Positions 46,457 to 56,258 of a stretch of DNA of 64,000 nt are shown here, one piece after another (the stretch's first letter is position 1; each line of letters begins with the position of its first letter). The translations under genes were made by a program, and so were the position numbers. Under the pieces are notes generated by a model. It made no database searches, was not told the origin of the DNA, and saw only the letters and a list, made by a program, of their open reading frames with translations. Source of the DNA: Dehalococcoidia bacterium (GTDB lineage Bacteria; Chloroflexota; Dehalococcoidia; Lucifugimonadales; UBA2985); assembly GCA_965247535.1 (NCBI GenBank), contig OZ252018.1:437046-501045 (forward strand), given 5' to 3'.

Positions 46457-47646
46457 ATCGCGCCGGCCTCTCGCAGGGCGGCGAGCTCCTCGTCGCTCAT
46501 ACCAGCCAGCTCCCTGAGCACCTGCTCGGTGTGCTCGCCCATGTCCGGGGCAGGCCGCTCGGCGCCTCCGGGCGTTCGGGACATCCTCAGCGGCGTATTC
46601 GTCATGCGGACGCTGCCCAGGCGGGGGTGCGGAACGTCCGCTATCATCCCGCGGTGCAGCACCTGTGGGTCGTGCGCCACCTGGTCGATGGTGTTGATTG
46701 GGCCGCAGGGAATGCCCATCGCCTCCATCTCCTCCAGCCATTCCGCGGTGGTCTTGACCATGAGGGCCTCAGCGATGATGGGCTCCAGCACGTCCCACCG
46801 CCGGCTCCGCACCCAGCCGTCCTCGAACCGCGGGTCGTCGATCAGCTCGATGCGGTCGATTGCGGAGCAGAACAGCGGCCACATGTCCTGCCGGCCGTCG
46901 GCAAGGGCGATGGTCATGTAGCCGTCGGCGGTGCGGAACGCCTGGAAGGGCGCGGTGACGGGATGCCGCGTGCCCAGGGGCTGCGGCACCTCGCCGGTGG
47001 CGAAGTATCGGCCGAACGCGTTCTCCAGGATTGCCACCTGGCAGTCGAGCATGGCAATGTCGACCATCTGGCCTAGCCCGCTTCGCTCGCGCTCCTGAAG
47101 CGCCGCGAGTATGCCAATCACGCTGTAGAGGCCGGCGGTGATGTCGCCCTGGGAGACACCGGGCCGGATGGGCGGCCCGCCCGGCTCGCCGGTGATGCTC
47201 ATGACCCCGCCCATGCCCTGGACGACGACGTCGAGCGCGCGCTTGGTGGCGTAGGGGCCGTCCTGCCCGAAGCCGGAAATTGCGGCGTAGACGATGCGCG
47301 GGTTTCGCTGCGACAGAACGGAATAGTCGAGGCCCAGCCTGCGCATGGCGCCGGGCGTGAGGTTCTCCAGGACGACGTCGGCGTTATCGACGAGCCTCAG
47401 GAACGCGTCGCGGCCCTCGGGCATGGACAGGTCCAGCGTGACGCCCAGCTTGCCGCGGTTGATGCTCATGAAGTAGGTGCTCTCGCCGTCGATGAAGGGG
47501 CCGCTGGCGCGTGCGCGGTCGCCGACGCCGGGTTGCTCGATCTTGACGACGCGTGCGCCGAGGTCGGCGAGGGTGGCCGCCGCGAACGGGCCGGCGAGGA
47601 CGTGCGTGACGTCCAGCACTACGATGCCGCTGAGTGGGCCTGGCAT
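46453..47646 (-). CDS. Family III CoA-transferase (CaiB/BaiF)
   Basis: 397 aa. The N-terminus GIVVLDVTHVLAGPFAAATLADLGARVVKIE is typical of the family. Confidence 0.9.
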   Translation of the reverse strand: MPGPLSGIVVLDVTHVLAGPFAAATLADLGARVVKIEQPGVGDRARASGPFIDGESTYFMSINRGKLGVTLDLSMPEGRDAFLRLVDNADVVLENLTPGAMRRLGLDYSVLSQRNPRIVYAAISGFGQDGPYATKRALDVVVQGMGGVMSITGEPGGPPIRPGVSQGDITAGLYSVIGILAALQERERSGLGQMVDIAMLDCQVAILENAFGRYFATGEVPQPLGTRHPVTAPFQAFRTADGYMTIALADGRQDMWPLFCSAIDRIELIDDPRFEDGWVRSRRWDVLEPIIAEALMVKTTAEWLEEMEAMGIPCGPINTIDQVAHDPQVLHRGMIADVPHPRLGSVRMTNTPLRMSRTPGGAERPAPDMGEHTEQVLRELAGMSDEELAALREAGAI

Positions 47647-47741
47647 GGCTCCGCACCTCCGCGATGGCTAGGTGCTGAGGATATTACCACCAACCGGCTC
47701 GCATCGGTAGCCGGAGGCGCGGGGGAGACGGGCGGCCGCGG

Positions 47742-48824
47742 TCAGCAGAACGGCAGCCCGAGCCGGTCGATGTCATTGGAGGACACTCGTAGAAGCCCCC
47801 TGGGGACGCACCCGGTCAGTGGGTTATCGGAGAGGTATAGGCCTCTAAGGTTGGAGAGGGTCGCAAGCTCCTGAGGAAACTCACCGCTCAACTGATTGTA
47901 ACCGAGGTACAACCCTTCGAGACTGGCTAGCTTGCCCAACGCGGGCGGAATCTCGCCACTCAGCTCGTTGCCTTCGAGGTTGAGCCCCAGCAAATCAGTC
48001 AAGTTGCCCAGCTCCGGCGGAATCTCACCGCTAAACTCGTTCCTATTGAGGTACAGCTTCTTCAGATTAGCGAGGCTGCCCAGGTACGCCGGAATCTCGC
48101 CGCTCAGCTGGTTGAAGGAGAGATTCAAGCTTTGCAGGCCGATCAGGCTGCTCAACTCCGGCGGTATTGTCCCGCTCAACTCGTTGCTCGCAAGAGACAG
48201 CCGCTCAAGGCTGGTCAGGCTCCCCAGCTCTGCCGGCAGCTCCCCGCCCAGTTCGTTGAAGTCCAAGCGTAGCCAATGGAGGCTGGCCAGCCCGCCGAGT
48301 TCAGGGGGTATGTCACCGCTCAACCGGTTAGACGTCAGCCAAAGCGTTCGGAGGCTGGTGAAGTTGCCCAACTGCGGCGGTATCTCTCCGCTCAGCTGAT
48401 TGTCACCGAGGTAAAGCGCCCGCAGGCCGGTGAGGCTTCCGAGCTCAGGAGGAATCTCACCAGTCAACTGATTGCTGAAGAGCGACAGCGCTACAACGCG
48501 GCCGCTTTCGTCCGTGGCCACGCCGTGCCATTCGTCTAAGGGGGCGTCACTCAGCCAGTTGGTGCTGTCAACCCAATTGGCGCCGTCCGTGGAGTTGTAT
48601 AGAGCCAGTAGCGCGGCTCGGTCCGCATCCGTCGGCAACGTAGGCTCGGGTGTCAGAGTAGACGCCGGCACATGAGTCCGCGTTGGTGGAGGCGTAGCGG
48701 TGGGTGCAGCTGTCGCGGTGGGCGAGGGCGACGGTGTTGGAGTCGGGTCCTCGTCGCAGGACGCGAGTAGAAGCGCTGCAGCAGTAGCTATGACGATGGC
48801 AATGAGTCCGGCTGCCTTACGCAT
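47742..48824 (-). CDS. Lipoprotein with plant-type leucine-rich repeats (one LRR block, ~10 repeats)
   Basis: Lipobox LLLASC, TP-rich linker, N-cap ADRAALLALYNSTDGANW..W.GV, 24-residue repeats LxxLxxLxLxxNxLSGxIPxELGx, C-cap NPLTGCVPRGL...LGLPFC. Confidence 0.9.
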   Translation of the reverse strand: MRKAAGLIAIVIATAAALLLASCDEDPTPTPSPSPTATAAPTATPPPTRTHVPASTLTPEPTLPTDADRAALLALYNSTDGANWVDSTNWLSDAPLDEWHGVATDESGRVVALSLFSNQLTGEIPPELGSLTGLRALYLGDNQLSGEIPPQLGNFTSLRTLWLTSNRLSGDIPPELGGLASLHWLRLDFNELGGELPAELGSLTSLERLSLASNELSGTIPPELSSLIGLQSLNLSFNQLSGEIPAYLGSLANLKKLYLNRNEFSGEIPPELGNLTDLLGLNLEGNELSGEIPPALGKLASLEGLYLGYNQLSGEFPQELATLSNLRGLYLSDNPLTGCVPRGLLRVSSNDIDRLGLPFC

Positions 48825-49041
48825 GTTGCGCGCTGCCTCCCGGGCTGCGTATGCCCCTCAACGCTCCTGGCACAGTGGAGCCTCTTGATCCTGTGAGAGT
48901 AGATTTCAAGTGCTCAGTCTCTCAATCTACAACTCAGCAGAATTTCACGCAAGGGAAGATCGTCACCCGTAGGGCTACCGGCGGGCTTAGCCTCTTGTGC
49001 TTACCAGTGACTTAGGTTCCTGACCATCATTGGTCGCCGTA

Positions 49042-51297
49042 CTAGCAGAACGGCAGGCCGAGGCGGTCGATGTCGTTGGAGGACACTCGCAGAAGCCCCC
49101 TGGGGATGCAGCCGGTCAGTGGGTTATCGGAGATGTACAGGCTTCTCAGGTTGGAGAGGGTTGCGAGCTCTTGGGGGATTTCCCCGCTCAACTGATTGTA
49201 ACCGAGGTACAACCATTCAAGGCCGGCTAGCTTGCCCAGCTCCCGTGGAATCTCGCCACTCAGCTCGTTGCCTTCCAGGTTCAGCCCCTGCAGATAAGTC
49301 AAGTTGCCCAGCTCCGGCGGAATCTCTCCGCTCAGCTCGTTCCCGGAAAGGTCAATCGAATGTAGGTAGGCCAGCCTGCCCAGTTCCGGCGGAATCTCGC
49401 CGCTGAGCTCGTTCTCGGAAAGGTCAATCGACCAGAGGTAGGCTAGCCTGCCTAGCGCAGTCGGCATTGCCCCGCTTAGCTGGTTTCCAGAGAGAAACAG
49501 CTGCCCTAGGCTGGGAAGGTTGCCCAACTCTGGCGGTATCTCTCCGCTCAACTCGTTGCTGTGGAGATACAGCCTCCGCAAGTTTGGGAGTCCGCCCAAT
49601 GCCGCCGGCAGGCTGCCGCTCAACTCGTTGTAGGCGAGATTCAGCGTCTGCAGGTTGACGAGGCTGCCCAACTCCGAGGGTATCTCACCTGTCAACTCGT
49701 TGCTGCCGAGACTAAGCTTTTTCAGCTTGACGAGGTTGCCAAGCTCCGGCGGAAGCTCGCCCGTCAGCCCATTGCGGGAGAAGGCCAACTCCTCCAGGTT
49801 GGAGAGGTTTCCAATCCCCCGCGGCAATCTTCCACTAAGGTTTTTGTCGGAGAGGTCTAGCTTAACAACGCGGCCGCTGTCGTCCGTGGTGACACCGTGC
49901 CATTGTCCCAGAGGCGCGTCGCTGAGCCAGTTTGTGTTGTCGGTCCAGTTCGGGCCGTCCGTGGCGAAGTATAACGCCACCAGCGGCTGCCTGTCAGAGT
50001 GGCAGTAGGCCAAGCCAAGCTCATCAAAATCGTCGAAATAGATCCTCAGACCATTGGGTATGCACCCGGTTAGCCGGTTGTCGGAGAGGTACAGATCCTC
50101 TAACCTGGAGAGTCTACCCAGTTCCGGAGGTATATTTCCGCGCAGCTGGTTTTGGCGGAGGTTCAGTTCCCTCAAATTGGACAAATCTCCCAGCGAAAGT
50201 GGAATCTCACCGCCCAGCTGGTTGTCTGGGAGGTTCAAGGACTCCAGCATTGAAATGTTCCCCAGTTCCGGTGGGATGTCACCGCTCAGGTAATTGTCTC
50301 CGAGGTCCAACTGCCTGAGGTTGGCGAGTCTTCCCAGCTCCGGCGGAATCTCGCCTGTCAATTGGTTGAGAGAGAGATCCAAGATTCTCAGTCTGGCGAG
50401 GTTGCCCAATTCCGGCGGTATCTCTCCGCTCAGCTGGTTCCCCAAGAGTTTCAGCCATAGAAGGTTGGACAGACTGCCGAGCTCCGGCGGTATAGGTCCG
50501 CTCAACTCGTTCCCAAAGAGGTTCAGCCATTGAAGGTTGGCTAGACCGCCAAACTCCGGTGGTATCTCTCCGCTCAACCGGTTGTCCGAGAGGTACAGGC
50601 CTTCGAGACTCGACAGGCTGCCGAGCTCCGCAGGAATTGCCCCGCCCAGGTCGTTCAGGCCGAGACTTAGCCTTCGCAGATTGACGAGGTTGCCCAGTTC
50701 CGGCGGTATCTCTCCGCTCAGCTGGTTGCTCCTGAGGTTAAGCGACTCCAGGTTGGAAAGGTTACCTAGTTCCGGCGGAATAGGTCCGCTCAACTCGTTC
50801 CCCAAGAGGTGCAGCGACTCCAGGTTGGAAAGGTTACCTAGTTCCGGCGGAATCTCTCCGCTCAACTGGTTGAACCACAGGCCTAGGCCTTTGAGGTTAG
50901 AGAGGCTGCCCAGCTCCCGGGGAATCTCTCCGCTCAGTCGGTGCTTGGAGAGGAGCAGATCTACAACGCGGCCGCTGTCGTCCGTGTTGACGCCGAACCA
51001 ATCTCCCAGGGGCGCTTCGGTGAGCCAGTTGGTGTCGTATCTCCAGTTGGGGCCATCCGTTGCGTTGTAGAGCGCGATCAGCGCGGCCCGGTCCGCGTCC
51101 GCCGGCACCGGAGTCCACGTGGGCGGAGGCGTTGGTGTGGCCTCAGGTGTACTCGTGGGAGCCGCAGTTGCAGTGGGTGCTGCTGTCGCGGTGGGCGAGG
51201 GCGACGGTGTTGGTGTCGGGTCCTCGGCGCAGGACGCGAGTAGAAGCGCTGCAGCAGCAGCTATGACGATGGCAATGAGTCCGGCTGCCTTACGCAT
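49042..51297 (-). CDS. Lipoprotein with plant-type leucine-rich repeats (two cap-LRR-cap blocks; 13+11 repeats by my count)
   Basis: Same architecture as 47742..48824. The first ~45 residues are nearly identical to that gene. Confidence 0.9.
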   Translation of the reverse strand: MRKAAGLIAIVIAAAAALLLASCAEDPTPTPSPSPTATAAPTATAAPTSTPEATPTPPPTWTPVPADADRAALIALYNATDGPNWRYDTNWLTEAPLGDWFGVNTDDSGRVVDLLLSKHRLSGEIPRELGSLSNLKGLGLWFNQLSGEIPPELGNLSNLESLHLLGNELSGPIPPELGNLSNLESLNLRSNQLSGEIPPELGNLVNLRRLSLGLNDLGGAIPAELGSLSSLEGLYLSDNRLSGEIPPEFGGLANLQWLNLFGNELSGPIPPELGSLSNLLWLKLLGNQLSGEIPPELGNLARLRILDLSLNQLTGEIPPELGRLANLRQLDLGDNYLSGDIPPELGNISMLESLNLPDNQLGGEIPLSLGDLSNLRELNLRQNQLRGNIPPELGRLSRLEDLYLSDNRLTGCIPNGLRIYFDDFDELGLAYCHSDRQPLVALYFATDGPNWTDNTNWLSDAPLGQWHGVTTDDSGRVVKLDLSDKNLSGRLPRGIGNLSNLEELAFSRNGLTGELPPELGNLVKLKKLSLGSNELTGEIPSELGSLVNLQTLNLAYNELSGSLPAALGGLPNLRRLYLHSNELSGEIPPELGNLPSLGQLFLSGNQLSGAMPTALGRLAYLWSIDLSENELSGEIPPELGRLAYLHSIDLSGNELSGEIPPELGNLTYLQGLNLEGNELSGEIPRELGKLAGLEWLYLGYNQLSGEIPQELATLSNLRSLYISDNPLTGCIPRGLLRVSSNDIDRLGLPFC

Positions 51298-51373
51298 GTG
51301 CTCGGTCTCTCCAATCTACACCTTGGCTTAAGTCGAAGCAAGTGAGAGTCGTCGTGCCGGAGGATGGCAATGC

Positions 51374-53920
51374 CTAGCAGAACGGCAGGCCGAGCCTCAC
51401 GAAGTCGTTGTTGGGCACGAACAGCAGCCCGTATGGGACACAGCCGGTGAGCCGGTTGTCGGAAAGGTATAGGCTTCTCAGGTTGGAGAGGCTGCCTAGC
51501 TCCGGCGGAATCTCTCCGGTCAGATTGTTGTCCGACAGAACAAGATATTCGAGGTTGGTGAGCTGGCCCAGCTCCGGCGGAATCTCGCCGCTCAACTCGT
51601 TACCATCTAGGCCCAGCCCCAACAGGTTGACCAAGTTGCCCATCTCCGGTGGTATCTTACCGCTCAACTCATTCCTTCGGAGAGTCAGCCTCTGCAGGTT
51701 GGCAAGGTTGCCTAATTCTGGAGGCAAGCTACCGCTCAACTGGTTGAAGGAGACATCCAGGCTTTGCAGGCTGGCGAGCCTACCCAGCTCCGCCGGTATT
51801 GTTCCACTCAACTCATTCCCGAAGAGAGACAGGTGTCGGAGGCTGGCCATATCGCCCAGCGCAGGCGGAATTGTCCCACTCAACTCGTTCCCGACTAAGT
51901 CCAGCCAATTGAGGTTGGTCAGCCTGCCCAATTCCTGCGGAATCTCTCCGCTCAACCGGTTGGACTGCAGCATAAGTGTTCGCAGGTCGGTCAGGTTGCC
52001 CAACTGCGGTGGTATCTCTCCGCTCAGATCGTTCCGGGAAAGGTCCAGCGATTGAAGATCGACTAGACTGCCCAGCTCAGGAGGAATCTCTCCGGTCAAT
52101 TGATTCTCGGAGAGGAACAGCAATTCAAGGTTGGGCAAGCTGCCCAGCTCCGGCGGTATAGCGCCGCTCAGCTGGTTGGAGAAGAAGTCCAGTTCCTGCA
52201 AACTGGCGAGGTTGCCCAGCACCGGCGGTAACTCCCCGCTCAGCTCGTTGAAGCCCAGGTACAGGGATCGCAGGCTGGTCAGGCTGCCGAGTTCCGGGGG
52301 TATCGCGCCGCTCAGCTGGTTGCCGCGGAAATTCAATGTCTGCAGGCTGGCGAGGCCGACAAGCTCCACCGGCAGACCGCCGCTCAACTCGTTGCTATCC
52401 AGATACAGCTCTTGCAGGTTTACGAGACCGCCAAGTTCGGGCGGTATCGCGCCGGTCAGCTCGTTCCTGCTGAGACTGAGCGTTTGCAGCTCGACGAGGC
52501 CGCCGAGCTCGGGGGGTATCTCGCCGGTCAACTCGTTTCTGCTGAGATCGAGCGTTTGCAGCTCGACGAGGCCGCCAAGCTCCGGCGGAAGCTCGCCCGT
52601 CAGCCCATTGCGTGAGAGGGCCAACTCCTCCAGGTTGGAGAGGGTTCCAATCCCCCGCGGCAATCTTCCACTAAGGTTATTGTCGGAGAGGACTAGCTTA
52701 ACAACGCGGCCGCTGTCGTCCGTGGTGACACCGTGCCATTGTCCCAGAGGCGCGTCGCTGAGCCAGTTTGTGTTGTCGGCCCAGTTGGTGCCGTTCGTGG
52801 CGCAGTACAGGGCCAACAGCGCGGTCCTGTCCGCTGACTCAGCGAGTGATTGAGCTAGAGCTGCGTCGCCGAAGGGCACCCCCACCTCGTCCAGGTCATT
52901 GTTGGGCACGTTGAACAGCACGTCGGGCACGCACCTCGAAAGCGAGTTGCCCGCAAGCCGGAGATGTCGCAGGCTGGGGAGGTCGCCCAGCTCCGGTGGT
53001 ATGTCGCCGCTCAACCGGTTGTTGCTGAGGGCAAGCTCCCGCAGGCTGCGGAGGCTGCCCAGCTCCGCTGGTATGTCTCCGCTCAGGTGGTTGTCGCTGA
53101 GGGCAAGCACCTGGAGGTCGTGGAGATCACCCAGGTCCGGCGGAATCCCCCCGTTCAACCGGTTGTGACGCAGGTTCAGCTGCCTCAGACTGGAAAGGCC
53201 TCCCAGCTCTGACGGTATGGCTCCGCTCAGGTCATTCTGTGAGAGGCTCAGCGCTTCCAGTGCGGTCAGCTTGCCGAGCTCCGGCGAGATACTGCCGCTC
53301 AGCCCGTTGTTGTAGAGGCTAAGCTCTGTCAGGTTAGAAAGCTCGGCAAGCTCCGGCGGAATCTTGCCGCTCAGATCGTTGCTGTTGAGGTGCAGGGTCT
53401 CCAGGCCGGAAAGGCCGCCCAGCTCGGGCGGGATCTCGCCCGTCAACTGGTTGGCTCCGAGGGAGAGCGTCTGCAGATCGGAAAGGGTGGCCAGCTCCTT
53501 CGGTATCTCACCGTGCAGCCCGTTGTTGCTGAGCTCAAGCCATCGCAGATTCGCAAGGCTTGCCAGCTCCGGCGGTATCTCTCCCCTCATGCCGTTGCCC
53601 CAGAGGTAGAGGCTCACCACACGGCCGTCGTCGCCCGTGTCGATGCCGTACCAGTCATCCAGGGGCGAGTCGCTCAGCCAGTTGTTGTTGCTCCCCCAGT
53701 GCGGGCCGCCCGTGGCGAAGTAGAGCCGAACCAGCACGGCCCTCTCGGCGTCCGAATCCGAGGGTGTTGGGGTGGGAGTCGGCGTGCGCTCTGATGTGGG
53801 AGTCGGCGTGTGCGCGGGAGTGGCCGTTGGGGTAGGGGTCGGCGCAACAGCGCAGGCCGCGAGTAGGAGCGCGGCCACCACGGCCAGTGTCAGGGTCACG
53901 TGTCTCGTCGGGTTTGGCAT
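51374..53920 (-). CDS. Lipoprotein with plant-type leucine-rich repeats (two blocks; 10+18 repeats by my count)
   Basis: Lipobox LLLAAC, TP-rich linker, the same caps and the same 24-residue consensus. It ends in RLGLPFC. Confidence 0.9.
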   Translation of the reverse strand: MPNPTRHVTLTLAVVAALLLAACAVAPTPTPTATPAHTPTPTSERTPTPTPTPSDSDAERAVLVRLYFATGGPHWGSNNNWLSDSPLDDWYGIDTGDDGRVVSLYLWGNGMRGEIPPELASLANLRWLELSNNGLHGEIPKELATLSDLQTLSLGANQLTGEIPPELGGLSGLETLHLNSNDLSGKIPPELAELSNLTELSLYNNGLSGSISPELGKLTALEALSLSQNDLSGAIPSELGGLSSLRQLNLRHNRLNGGIPPDLGDLHDLQVLALSDNHLSGDIPAELGSLRSLRELALSNNRLSGDIPPELGDLPSLRHLRLAGNSLSRCVPDVLFNVPNNDLDEVGVPFGDAALAQSLAESADRTALLALYCATNGTNWADNTNWLSDAPLGQWHGVTTDDSGRVVKLVLSDNNLSGRLPRGIGTLSNLEELALSRNGLTGELPPELGGLVELQTLDLSRNELTGEIPPELGGLVELQTLSLSRNELTGAIPPELGGLVNLQELYLDSNELSGGLPVELVGLASLQTLNFRGNQLSGAIPPELGSLTSLRSLYLGFNELSGELPPVLGNLASLQELDFFSNQLSGAIPPELGSLPNLELLFLSENQLTGEIPPELGSLVDLQSLDLSRNDLSGEIPPQLGNLTDLRTLMLQSNRLSGEIPQELGRLTNLNWLDLVGNELSGTIPPALGDMASLRHLSLFGNELSGTIPAELGRLASLQSLDVSFNQLSGSLPPELGNLANLQRLTLRRNELSGKIPPEMGNLVNLLGLGLDGNELSGEIPPELGQLTNLEYLVLSDNNLTGEIPPELGSLSNLRSLYLSDNRLTGCVPYGLLFVPNNDFVRLGLPFC

Positions 53921-54210
53921 GAGGCGTACAGCCTCCTGGCGCTGGTTTCACCTGCCCTGCCACGACGTGCACGCGTAGGCCTTCGGGCCGGTGAAGACGG
54001 ACTGGGATGCGGTCGGTCTCCGTAATCTACAACTCCGCGTGCCTCGGCGCAAGCGAGACTCGCCACGCGGAGGGTGGGCGTGGGCTCGACATTTCGCCCG
54101 TTCCTGATAGTCGCCCGGCCGTGAGCGCGTGGCCGGTTCAGGTTGTGCTCTTTGCTGAGCGTGCCATATAATGTAGGTTGGTAAATTCCACGTTTGGACA
54201 GATTAGCAGC

Positions 54211-55335
54211 ATGGCCAATCAGAAAGATTACTATCAGGTTCTCGGCGTTCCTCGCAGCGCGTCCCAGGAGGACATCAGGACCAAGTTCAGGCGCTTGGCC
54301 CTGGAGTACCACCCTGACAGGAACAGGGATCCGAGCGCGCAGGAGCGTTTCAAGGAGATAAACGCCGCCTACCAGGTACTCAGCGACCCGCAGAAGAGGG
54401 CGCAGTACGACCGATTCGGGAACGTGGGCGCCGGACGGGGCAGCGGCTTTGAGGGATTCGAGAACTTCGGTGGGTTTGGCGACATATTCGACGCATTCTT
54501 CGGCGGGTTCGGCGCTCGCACCCGGCGCGCTCCGCAGCGCGGCCGCGACATCCAGGCTGGCACCACCATATCGTTCGAGGAGGCGGTGTTCGGCGTGGAC
54601 CGCGAGATCGACTTGGAACGCGTCGAGCCCTGCCGCGAGTGCAAGGGCAGCGGCGCAGAGCCCGGCAGCGCGCCCGTCCAGTGCAGCCAGTGCAACGGCT
54701 CCGGCCAGGTGCGCAGGGTGCAGCGCAGCATATTCGGCCAGTTCACGCAGGTTGGCGCCTGCACCCAGTGCAATGGCGAGGGCAGCGTGATCACCAGCCC
54801 GTGCTCCAACTGCCGCGGCTCCGCCCGCGAACGAAGGAGACGGCGCATCCAGGTCGACATCCCGCCGGGCGTGGAGGACGGGATGCAGGTCCGCCTGAGC
54901 CGCGAGGGCGACGCAGGGTCCAACGGCGGTACGCCGGGCGACCTGTACATAAACCTGGTGGTGGAGCCCCACGGCTTCTTCTCTCGCAGGGATCACGACA
55001 TACTCCTCGAGCTGCCGATCAACTTCGCACAGGCGGCGCTGGGCTACGAGCTTGAAGTGCCCACACTCAACGGCCCGGAAACCCTGCGGATCCCCGGAGG
55101 CACGCAGTCCGGCACCGAGTTTCGCATCAAGGGCCGCGGAGTGCCGTACTCGGTCAAGGGCCGGCGGGGAGACCAGATGGTGGTGGTGAACGTGGTCACG
55201 CCCAGCAACCTCGACGACCGCCAGCGACGGCTCTTTGCAGAGCTCGGGGAATCCATGGGCAACGGCTCCCGCGAGGACAAGAGCTGGTTCGGCAGGTTCA
55301 AGGACTCCATCGGCAAGGACGGCAAGGGGTCGTGA
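54211..55335 (+). CDS. dnaJ: Molecular chaperone DnaJ
   Basis: J domain (DYYQVLGV...HPDRN), G/F region and four CxxCxG(S/E)G zinc motifs. Confidence 0.95.
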   Translation: MANQKDYYQVLGVPRSASQEDIRTKFRRLALEYHPDRNRDPSAQERFKEINAAYQVLSDPQKRAQYDRFGNVGAGRGSGFEGFENFGGFGDIFDAFFGGFGARTRRAPQRGRDIQAGTTISFEEAVFGVDREIDLERVEPCRECKGSGAEPGSAPVQCSQCNGSGQVRRVQRSIFGQFTQVGACTQCNGEGSVITSPCSNCRGSARERRRRRIQVDIPPGVEDGMQVRLSREGDAGSNGGTPGDLYINLVVEPHGFFSRRDHDILLELPINFAQAALGYELEVPTLNGPETLRIPGGTQSGTEFRIKGRGVPYSVKGRRGDQMVVVNVVTPSNLDDRQRRLFAELGESMGNGSREDKSWFGRFKDSIGKDGKGS

Positions 55336-55350
55336 CGCGGCGAATGGGCA

Positions 55351-56256
55351 ATGAAGTGGCTTGAGCTGAGCATCCGGGCTCCCCAGGAGTACGTCGAGCC
55401 GCTATCGGCGGTGTTCCAGCGTCACGGATACGGCGGCGTTGCCGTGGAGCTGGAGGGCGGCTACAACCCGGATGAGGGCGAGTCCGAATCCGACGAGGCA
55501 ACCGCCGTACTTCGCTCCTACCTTCCGCTCGACAGCACGACTGCATCAAGCCGCGAGCAGATCCGCGTGGCCGTCGCCCTCATCTCCCTGCTGTGTCCGC
55601 TGCCTCCGCTCGAGGAGCGGGTCATCGACGAGAACGAGTGGCTGGAATCGTGGAAGGACCACTTCACCCTGCTGCACATAGGACGCCTGGTCGTGCGGCC
55701 GTCTTGGATGGAGTACGAGGCCGCGGACGGCGAGGTGGTCATAGGCATGGACCCGGGCATGGCCTTTGGCACGGGACACCATCCGACGACCCGCATGTGC
55801 TTGGCCGAGCTGGACAAGCTGGTGAGGCCCGGCATGAGCGTTCTGGACGTCGGGACCGGCTCCGGGATACTTACGATAGCGGCGGCAAAGCTGGGCGCCG
55901 GCAGCGTCCGCGCCCTTGACGTCGACCCGGTGGCCGTCCGGGCGGCGCGAGCCAACGTGCGAGCCAACGGCTTGAGCCACCGGGTCAGGCTTGAGGAGCG
56001 CGCGCTTGCCGCGGACGCCGAGCCGCCGGGCGAGTTCGATCTCGTGGTTGCGAACCTTTACACCAACGTCATTCTCAAGCTTGCGCTGGCCCTCGTGGCG
56101 CACACGGCTGCAGGCGGCGCCCTTGTGGTCAGCGGCATCATGGCCGATCGCGCGGGCGAGGTGGAGCGCGCCCTCGGCGACGCGGGCTGCCCGGTCGAAC
56201 GCACCGAACGCGAGGGCGACTGGGCCGCGCTGGTAGCCCGCAAGAGCGGGGCCTAG
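55351..56256 (+). CDS. prmA: Ribosomal protein L11 methyltransferase
   Basis: MKWLELSI N-terminus, the SAM motif VLDVGTGSGILTIAAAKLGA, and position after dnaJ. Confidence 0.9.
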   Translation: MKWLELSIRAPQEYVEPLSAVFQRHGYGGVAVELEGGYNPDEGESESDEATAVLRSYLPLDSTTASSREQIRVAVALISLLCPLPPLEERVIDENEWLESWKDHFTLLHIGRLVVRPSWMEYEAADGEVVIGMDPGMAFGTGHHPTTRMCLAELDKLVRPGMSVLDVGTGSGILTIAAAKLGAGSVRALDVDPVAVRAARANVRANGLSHRVRLEERALAADAEPPGEFDLVVANLYTNVILKLALALVAHTAAGGALVVSGIMADRAGEVERALGDAGCPVERTEREGDWAALVARKSGA

Positions 56257-56258
56257 CC

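Noticed and set aside
47932-53212. Many long plus-strand ORFs (for example 47932..48399, 50537..51070, 51408..52055, 52131..52853) with repetitive ...SSGGISPLNS... translations.
   Set aside because: They are antisense to the LRR genes. The 72-nt periodic repeat keeps the complementary frame open. They have no starts with an SD and no independent motifs.
53896-54996. 366-aa minus-strand ORF.
   Set aside because: It is antisense to dnaJ.
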